This document shows positions 57,533 through 64,000 of a stretch of DNA of 64,000 bases, piece after piece. The notes beneath the pieces were generated by a model that did not search any database, was not told the origin of the DNA, and saw nothing but the letters and a program-made list of their open reading frames with translations. The stretch's first letter is position 1. The number at the start of each line of letters is the position of its first letter. The DNA lies in the IMG/VR virus record IMGVR_UViG_3300037400_002919, positions 4,424 to 68,423 of that record. One strand, 5' to 3'. The translations under genes and the position numbers were made by a program. This stretch comes from a virus (lineage: Duplodnaviria; Caudoviricetes).

Positions 57533-60382
57533 TCATACTATCCCTTCCAATCTCGCATTCTCGATACAAATCATCATCATCTTTTTTTCTACGTCAAGGG
57601 CGTGGGTCATAAGATAACCTTCGTCAATAGATTTTAATTCCTCCTGTAACATAGAAATAACTTCTTCTATATTCTTCTTTAATTCTTTTTTCTTCTGGTA
57701 AGCCCGAAAATCCTTACTGCTTGTAAAAACCTTACCATCAACTTCAAATCCATTGATTAAGTTACAGTCAAAGCTATATCTACCTTTATTCAATAACTCG
57801 GTGTTACCATGTTCGGCATTCTCTATCTCGTACTCATAGTCCTTTTTAAACTTCTCAAATTCTTCCTCTGTCATTTCTGCTGCATGAACATCCTCAATAT
57901 CATTTAAAAAGTCTGGTGTCCAGTTATCTCCGTCCCATTTTCTTAAAGTTGCCTTGTATACTTTTTCGCCTACTATAATTTCCATAATAATTCCTCCTTT
58001 ATAAATTTAAAACCCTTGCGTTTTCTAAGATAGCTGCTTTAGCAGACTCAGATAACGTCAGTCTATATGTACGGGTATGGTCTACGTTGTACCTATCAAC
58101 TTTTGTTAAGAACCATCCGCTAGAAAATCTCTGAATAGTAAACTCTGTCCCCATCGGCTGTCCGTTATAGTTAGCAGGAAAATGCTGACAATGTAAGCTG
58201 ACTCTTGCTATTACACCGACCATAGCCTTTTTGGAAATGTTCAACTTTTCCTCGATATGCTCTATGGTCTCCAAAATATCCTCATAGGATATAGTTCTTG
58301 CCTTTGCACGTGACTGCACTTCATTCAAAGCCGCTTCAATCTTTTCTTTGTTGTTAATGTTAATCTTCATAATAATTCTCCTTTCAAATCATAGTAAACA
58401 AAGCGTCATCCTTGTAACCAATCAATTTCACATTCCCCCCCATATGCCATCTTATTAAATCAGACCTAAGTATATTGTAGAACCTTCTTGTACCATAATT
58501 GACTAAGATGTAATAATAACCTGTATTTAATGCTTCATTTCCATACACATCAAAATCAAGCTCAGGCGAATTGCATAGAACCTCTATCATGTTTAAATCC
58601 ATTTCCTCACCCTCTGCCGTAACATGGAAATTACCATTCTTAAACTTCTTAATAATCATTGTTATCCTCCTTGATGATATAAGTTTTGTTATTGCTATTC
58701 TTCTTGCCTTTGTTAAACGCTTCAATAAAAACAGCCTTTCCGTTTTTGTAATGTCTCCAGTGTCCTCTGACAGACCATGATTCTGTGTGTCTCTGATTAT
58801 GTCGCTTGCCACGTTCCTCGTATTTATAAATTTTATTATTGACATATACGATACCAGAATTATTGTTATTTCCTTTAGTGGCTTCTCTTACTGTTTCTTT
58901 TGGTTTTTCCTTTAGGGTAATTTCCTTCTTTTTATTTAAAGAAGTCTCTACCAGATAGAATGTTTCAAGAAATAGAATAAAAGAATAATTGTTTTTAAGT
59001 ATACCCTCTTTGTCATTAATATCAAAGATATGTATACTGTTGGCTGCATGAACAAAAAAGTTTATTTTCGAGCCGTTAATTCTGTAACTAAACAACCTCT
59101 CTCCCATAATCTCTACGTTTACCATATTAAGAGAATACGTCTTATTTCTCAGGATTGCTATACTTTTGTTAAGGGCTATTATATCCATTTTAAAATCAAG
59201 TGCTTTAAAAGGAAGAACCACTTTATTAAATTTATTAAAGTTCATATTTATCACCAGACCTATTACAAATTTGATTTTCGTTTTTCAAGGGTATCAGCGA
59301 GGGAAATGTTTTTGCGATTCCCCCACCGACCCAAAATGCCCCGTTTGGACACGAATTAATTTATTTTATCCATTTCGTTTTCAATCACCATATCAAGATT
59401 TTCCTTGAATGAATTTCCCCCAAAAAGGGAGTCAAATTCCTCTATATCATCTACTACTAAATCCGTAAAGATGTGTTCAGAAATAGCCTGTAAAAATTCC
59501 TCAAAGTGTTCCTTCACAAACTCATGTACCGCATTCTTTTCCATTTTAAATTCCTCCTGTCTTAATAATTTTTATTATCGGTCAATATGGTTTCCATTAT
59601 TGTAATGAAGCTAGTATCATCAGGGTAGTTGTCTAAAATATACTCATAACCTTCCTTAAAGGAACGATACTCAAAGAAACTCATTTTACAAGCATTGTAT
59701 ATCTTTGCCATGGTTTCCGTTTCAGACAGGGTTTCATAGTCGTCCTCAATGGTGTCAGGCTTCATAAATGCTTCAAATTTTTCAACATATCCATCATCGG
59801 GATGGTTAGCTTTAAGCCAGTTTACAGCCGCTTCCAAATCGTTAAAATAAGGAACTTTTTCCTCATAATATTTTTCAGCAATATCATGAACATCACTGTC
59901 AAATATAAAGTTGTCTAAGTTGTCAATAATATTTTCGACACTGGTAAAAACCTCGTTTTCAATGCCAAAAATATTCATAGCACACTTATCCTGCAAGGCA
60001 TAATAAACCTTGTCATTAGTCTTAAACTTTATACAACCCAAATCGTAACTCTCTAAAATCTCACTTAACTTCATTTTATTTTACCTCCTAAATTCTCTTT
60101 AATATAATCAGCATAATAATTTAAAACATCATAGGCACATTTGTCAAATGCTATAAGACAATCAGACTTATTGCTCCCTTGATACTCCAGATTGGCAATA
60201 TCTACAAGATAATCAGGAACATCTTTCAAAGGGAAAACTTGTATTGTTTCAATGATGTATTGAGTGGCTTGAATGCGACCAGCCCAGCCGTACTTGTCTA
60301 TCTTTTTTTGAGGAAGTTCCTTTGCCTTTTTGCAATCATTGATGTAAATTCTTAATCCATTGATAAATTTTTTCTTGTCCAT
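57533..60382 (-). CDS. Early-region hypothetical genes (57533-57985, 57999-58370, 58384-58659, 58649-59254, 59356-59544, 59562-60074, 60071-60382)
   Basis: Co-oriented ORFs each with an AGGAG(G) SD; several are strongly acidic; 58649 ends in a VRGHWRHY..GK.VFI motif. Confidence 0.6.
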
Positions 60383-60451
60383 TTCATCTACCTCTTTTCT
60401 TGAATTTTTATTTTTTAGTTGTTGTTGTCTCACCCCCCTCTCCATGCTTTT

Positions 60452-60480
60452 ATTATAGCACAATTTGAGCTATTTGTCAA
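60452..60480 (-). promoter_or_regulatory. Early promoter with ATAGC-N9-GCTAT palindrome
   Basis: TTGACA-N17-TATAAT plus TG. Confidence 0.8.
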
Positions 60481-60635
60481 GTGTTTTTTAATTTATTTTT
60501 TCATAATCTTGAAACAATATTCCACGGACACCGTACTTAACTGTATTTCTAACGCCACTAAATCATTTCTTGTGTCCTCATTCAATTCAGAAAAAACATT
60601 TTCCAGCGATTGAACCCAAATCGCTCCGTTTGGAA

Positions 60636-63007
60636 CTATTCCCCTATTCTATTAAAGTACCTCTGAAATATATCCTCTAATGTACTTTTAGCGTGTGTTT
60701 TCTTTATCCAGTAACGCTGGTGAGATGTAGCATTTCTGAAAACTACTCTCCATGTGGATTTGTCCACATTATACAACAATGAAAATTCAGGTATAGCAAT
60801 CTCATAGCCGCCCTCGTTGTATAGCTTCACGCTACTGGTCGCTTCGACTATGCTCCCCTTTTTCTCTACTACATAATCATAGTAGTCAATATTAGGGAGA
60901 TTCTCAGCCCACAGAAAAACAGGGATATTTGCCTTGCCAGAGCGGAAAAACTCTATGTATTCTTTTAAATAAACGTCTATTTCCCTCCTGTTAGTCTCTT
61001 TATGAGAAACATTCATCGCCATCTTTTCATACTTCTTTGTCAGCTCATAATTACCTATGCCAAAAGGAGCATACCCAGTCACAATGGCTACATCACCGAA
61101 CACATAAACATCACTAGCCCAGCCGTAAATGTTAGTGGTATAAAACGATGGATTTTTATACCTTAGCAGGAATTGCAAATCGCAATAACCAACCTTGATG
61201 ATTGTTTTATGATGTTCTTCAACAAATTTTCTAGTAACTAACACTTTCATTGTATTATCCTCCTTTATCCTTTGACTTTTCTAATTGTACCACTAATATA
61301 GATATACGCTAATTTTGATACGTCTCTCTTTTTAGTTGTTTTTACGTAACCAGAGAACCCTTTTTTGCTAAGATAGTTACACAAACTATCAAAATCGTAC
61401 CAGTGTAAACAGTTGCGAAGCTGGTTTTCTTTTATTACCACACTAGCCGCAGTTTCCGTAAAATTCATCGCAAAGTCATACAGGTCTGACTTCATATCGT
61501 TGTTCAAATTGGAGTTGACAATTCTCTCCATCAAGCCTACACAATAGTCAGACAGGGTTATTCTTTGGAATTGTTCATCCCTGTATAATCTGTTTAAACC
61601 CAGCTTGTACGCTTCGACCGCTAACAGAGCTTTGTATTCCTCGTAGTTATTGACTTCTTTCCTTAACATAATCATAATAAAACCTCCTCCACACATTCCA
61701 TAATTCCCCCGTACATGGCTGCCATTACAGGCAGCCATGCAGGGTTAAAACTGGTTAATTCTAAGCAGGTAACGTAGCCTAAAAGCATAGAAGCCACAAA
61801 TAACACAACCAGCAGTAACGCCTTTGCCATTAGAACAATTCACCTCCTTCTGTAAACTCGTATCCATTCGCTCTTATGGTTTCAGCCACGATTTCATCAG
61901 AGGTAAGGTAGTCGTATTCCTCCTCCAAATCTCTATATAGTTTCTCGCAAAGCTCATCCTTTACTTTTCCCAGTTTTTCTTCTATAAGATTAGACAAACG
62001 AGGATAATAACCACCATTATCAGCTTCTACCGTCTCACTAGGGTAATATTGATAGGTAACCCTTTTTACCAGCATATTTAAATTATACTCAATAGAGTTA
62101 GACAAGCGTACTAACCGCTTCAGACCAGTTTTCTCTGCAAACTTCTTAAAATCAGAAATTTCCCCTGTAAAACTAGCTCCGTCCCCCTGCGAATAGAAGC
62201 CGCTAAAATTCATATCGTCTACCTCAATACCGTACTCGTTTGCAATCTCCTCGAACCCTTCATATACAGGCTCGTACCAGTCATGTTCTACATTAATGTA
62301 GCGGAACTTCTCCAGAACCTTCTCTTGTGTCTTTGCAGCTAATTCGTCAAACTGAAAAACCTTAATAGTTACTTCTCTCATTATTCTTTTCCTCCTAAAA
62401 TTTAGTTTAGGGATAATTCCCTTTAGAGTGCCAGCCAGCAAAACCAACTAGCACGTAAAAGGAACTATTTTATAGATTCTCTAACTCCTCGAACAATTCG
62501 GGATAAAACTCGAACATCTGGGTTCGAGAAAATGATTTTATCTCAAACACCGCCAACAGGAAAAACTGCTTTTAGCGATTAAACAGAAATCGCTCCGTTT
62601 GGACACCCCCGAAGGGGAGGGGGATAACCCCCTTATTATTCATACTTGAACTTGTTCTCTTTACCACGTACCTCCCAGAAATCTTCGTTATAAACATCAC
62701 AGCCGACCCCCTCCCATGATGTGCCGAAGTGGTCTACGAGCAAGCACCAACGACCTAACTTGTCGGAATAAGCCAGAATAAGCTCAAAGGTTTCCTGCAA
62801 CCAGTTTGCTTCTGACTCGGAGCTAATGTCTGTCAAGTACCACTGAAAAATTTCTGGGTACTCGTATTCATCCTCCTCCTCATTGTAAACAGAGGGGATA
62901 TTTTCCCAAATGTTTTCATCCAATTCTGGGATATTGTTGAGTAATATTTTGTTCTGAATAAAAGATGTTGCGAAACGATAACTAACTCTACCGAATACCT
63001 TTTTCAT
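60636..63007 (-). CDS. Early-region hypothetical genes (60636-61250, 61265-61675, 61830-62381, 62636-63007)
   Basis: SD-supported ORFs; 61830 (FSGFYSQGDGASF) and 62636 (EIFQWYL...HFGTSW) are highly acidic. Confidence 0.65.
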
Positions 63008-63052
63008 AATAATCTACCTCCATATTGACTAAATAAAATTTCTTATAAGACA

Positions 63053-63139
63053 TTAACAGGACACCGCCACGATTACCCAGCTTAAAAAGATGGATAAGGG
63101 TAAGGATAAAATCTCTAGGATAATTTTTAGACTATCCAC
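63053..63139 (-). CDS. 28-aa hydrophobic peptide (type I toxin-like)
   Basis: SD AAAAGGAGGTGAG, GTG start, MDSLKIILEILSLPLSIFLSWVIVAVSC. Confidence 0.55.
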   Translation of the reverse strand: MDSLKIILEILSLPLSIFLSWVIVAVSC

Positions 63140-63256
63140 GGCATCTCACCTCCTTTTAGCTAAATGAAACCAACCAGATTGATTGATTTCAGTCAGCTAA
63201 AAAGCTGATTGCTTATTTATCTTAATGATTCGGTTGAAGCACACCTCCGAACAGAA

Positions 63257-63878
63257 CGCCCTTTTTATTTGACAACCTCACACTAGCTTGATTTTCCCTT
63301 TTCCTGTTGTCTTGTAACTGTTAGATGTTTACATCTAGTTGACACTAACCAGCACATAGTCAGACGGCTACCCTACATCTAAAAACGTTACCATTCAAGG
63401 AAGCTGGATTCATGTATCATTTTTGTTACCTGTATGACAAACAGGGCTTTTCGCCAGATTGGAAAAACTAACTAATGTGAAGTTGTCAAAGGGCGGAGAT
63501 TAATTGTATTATATTAAACTCCATTTCGCTTCTATTTTCTCATTCCATATCTTTAGACCAGAACCAGACAAACCTCTATTTTTTAGCGTGTCTATGGTTG
63601 GGTAGCCAGAGCCATAGCCGTTTTAAAAAACTTTGAAAAAGTCTTTTATCTAGCCGCCAGATACTTCCTAAGAAATATCCACGAAACTTTATTTAATTTT
63701 TCGGGTTTAATCACTCACCCGACCGATTGCGTATCGGTAGACGACCTCTATTACAGGAGAAACCTTCCTTTTACCGTTTTAAAAAGTTACGGCAAACTTT
63801 TGGTACTTTTTTTATCTTGTTCGGTTAGGGTGTACATCCCTACGTCATTTCTTATTAGGTCGCCCGATTGACGACCAT
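63257..63878 (-). ncRNA. Candidate large structured RNA / leader
   Basis: No ORF of 60 aa or more; begins at a consensus promoter; several hairpins and a ~35-bp long-range stem whose mismatches are G.U only on the minus strand. Confidence 0.5.
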
Positions 63879-63884
63879 GCTTTT

Positions 63885-63913
63885 ATTATAGCACGCAACG
63901 TGCTATATGTCAA
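63885..63913 (-). promoter_or_regulatory. Consensus promoter containing a perfect 9-bp inverted repeat
   Basis: TTGACA-N17-TATAAT; TATAGCACG-caa-CGTGCTATA at 63887-63907. Confidence 0.85.
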
Positions 63914-64000
63914 GCACTTTTTAACTTGTGACTCTAGTTAAGAGGTATAGCTTTTTTTACAACGTCTATACACGTTGATGTTGGTGATAACACTTCACGG

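Noticed and set aside
5049-62633. Near-identical hairpin AGGGGGA(C/T)AACCCCCT at 5049 and 62618
   Set aside because: Both sit right after stop codons and are adequately explained as terminator stems; short and low complexity.
63663-63690. dif-like site (ACTTCCTA... resembles the B. subtilis dif left arm)
   Set aside because: The right arm lacks the conserved TTATGT core; the match is probably chance.
1-64000. Diversity-generating retroelement, tRNA genes or stop-codon reassignment
   Set aside because: No reverse transcriptase or template/variable repeat pair noticed, no tRNA cloverleaf recognised by eye, and genes read intact in code 11; a tRNAscan run would be needed to exclude tRNAs fully.

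Overview
The window is most of a temperate siphovirus genome that appears to live as a plasmid prophage (phage-plasmid). The host is probably a diderm Firmicute such as Negativicutes; this is inferred from the lambda-type tail tip, single-domain endolysins and an FDLQLF motif. Layout: 0-30 kb is packaging, head, tail and lysis (TerL, portal, protease/scaffold, capsid, a 2784-aa tape measure, gpK/M/L/J-like tip proteins, three paralogous tip modules, two endolysins). 30.6-33.4 kb is a DNA-modification cassette: an amino-MTase, a C5-MTase fused to a DarG-like macrodomain, and a PAPS-reductase-like gene split at a G7 tract. 34.2-38.1 kb is a dnaE gene interrupted at its active site by a group I intron carrying an HNH endonuclease. 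38.6-42.1 kb holds an XRE repressor, ParR/ParM, a Rep_3 initiator and an iteron/DnaA-box origin. 42.6-55 kb is lytic replication and nucleotide metabolism. 55-63 kb is a leftward early region with a tyrosine recombinase and many small acidic genes. 63-64 kb is an ORF-poor, highly structured stretch behind a consensus promoter. Best leads: (i) the ~0.6 kb structured RNA candidate with a downstream 28-aa membrane peptide; (ii) the MTase-macrodomain fusion; (iii) a second -1 frameshift that would extend a tandem-duplicated gpM/Dit-like protein; (iv) three distinct dispersed DNA motif families; (v) the dnaE intron. All calls were made by eye from motifs; no database searches were run.
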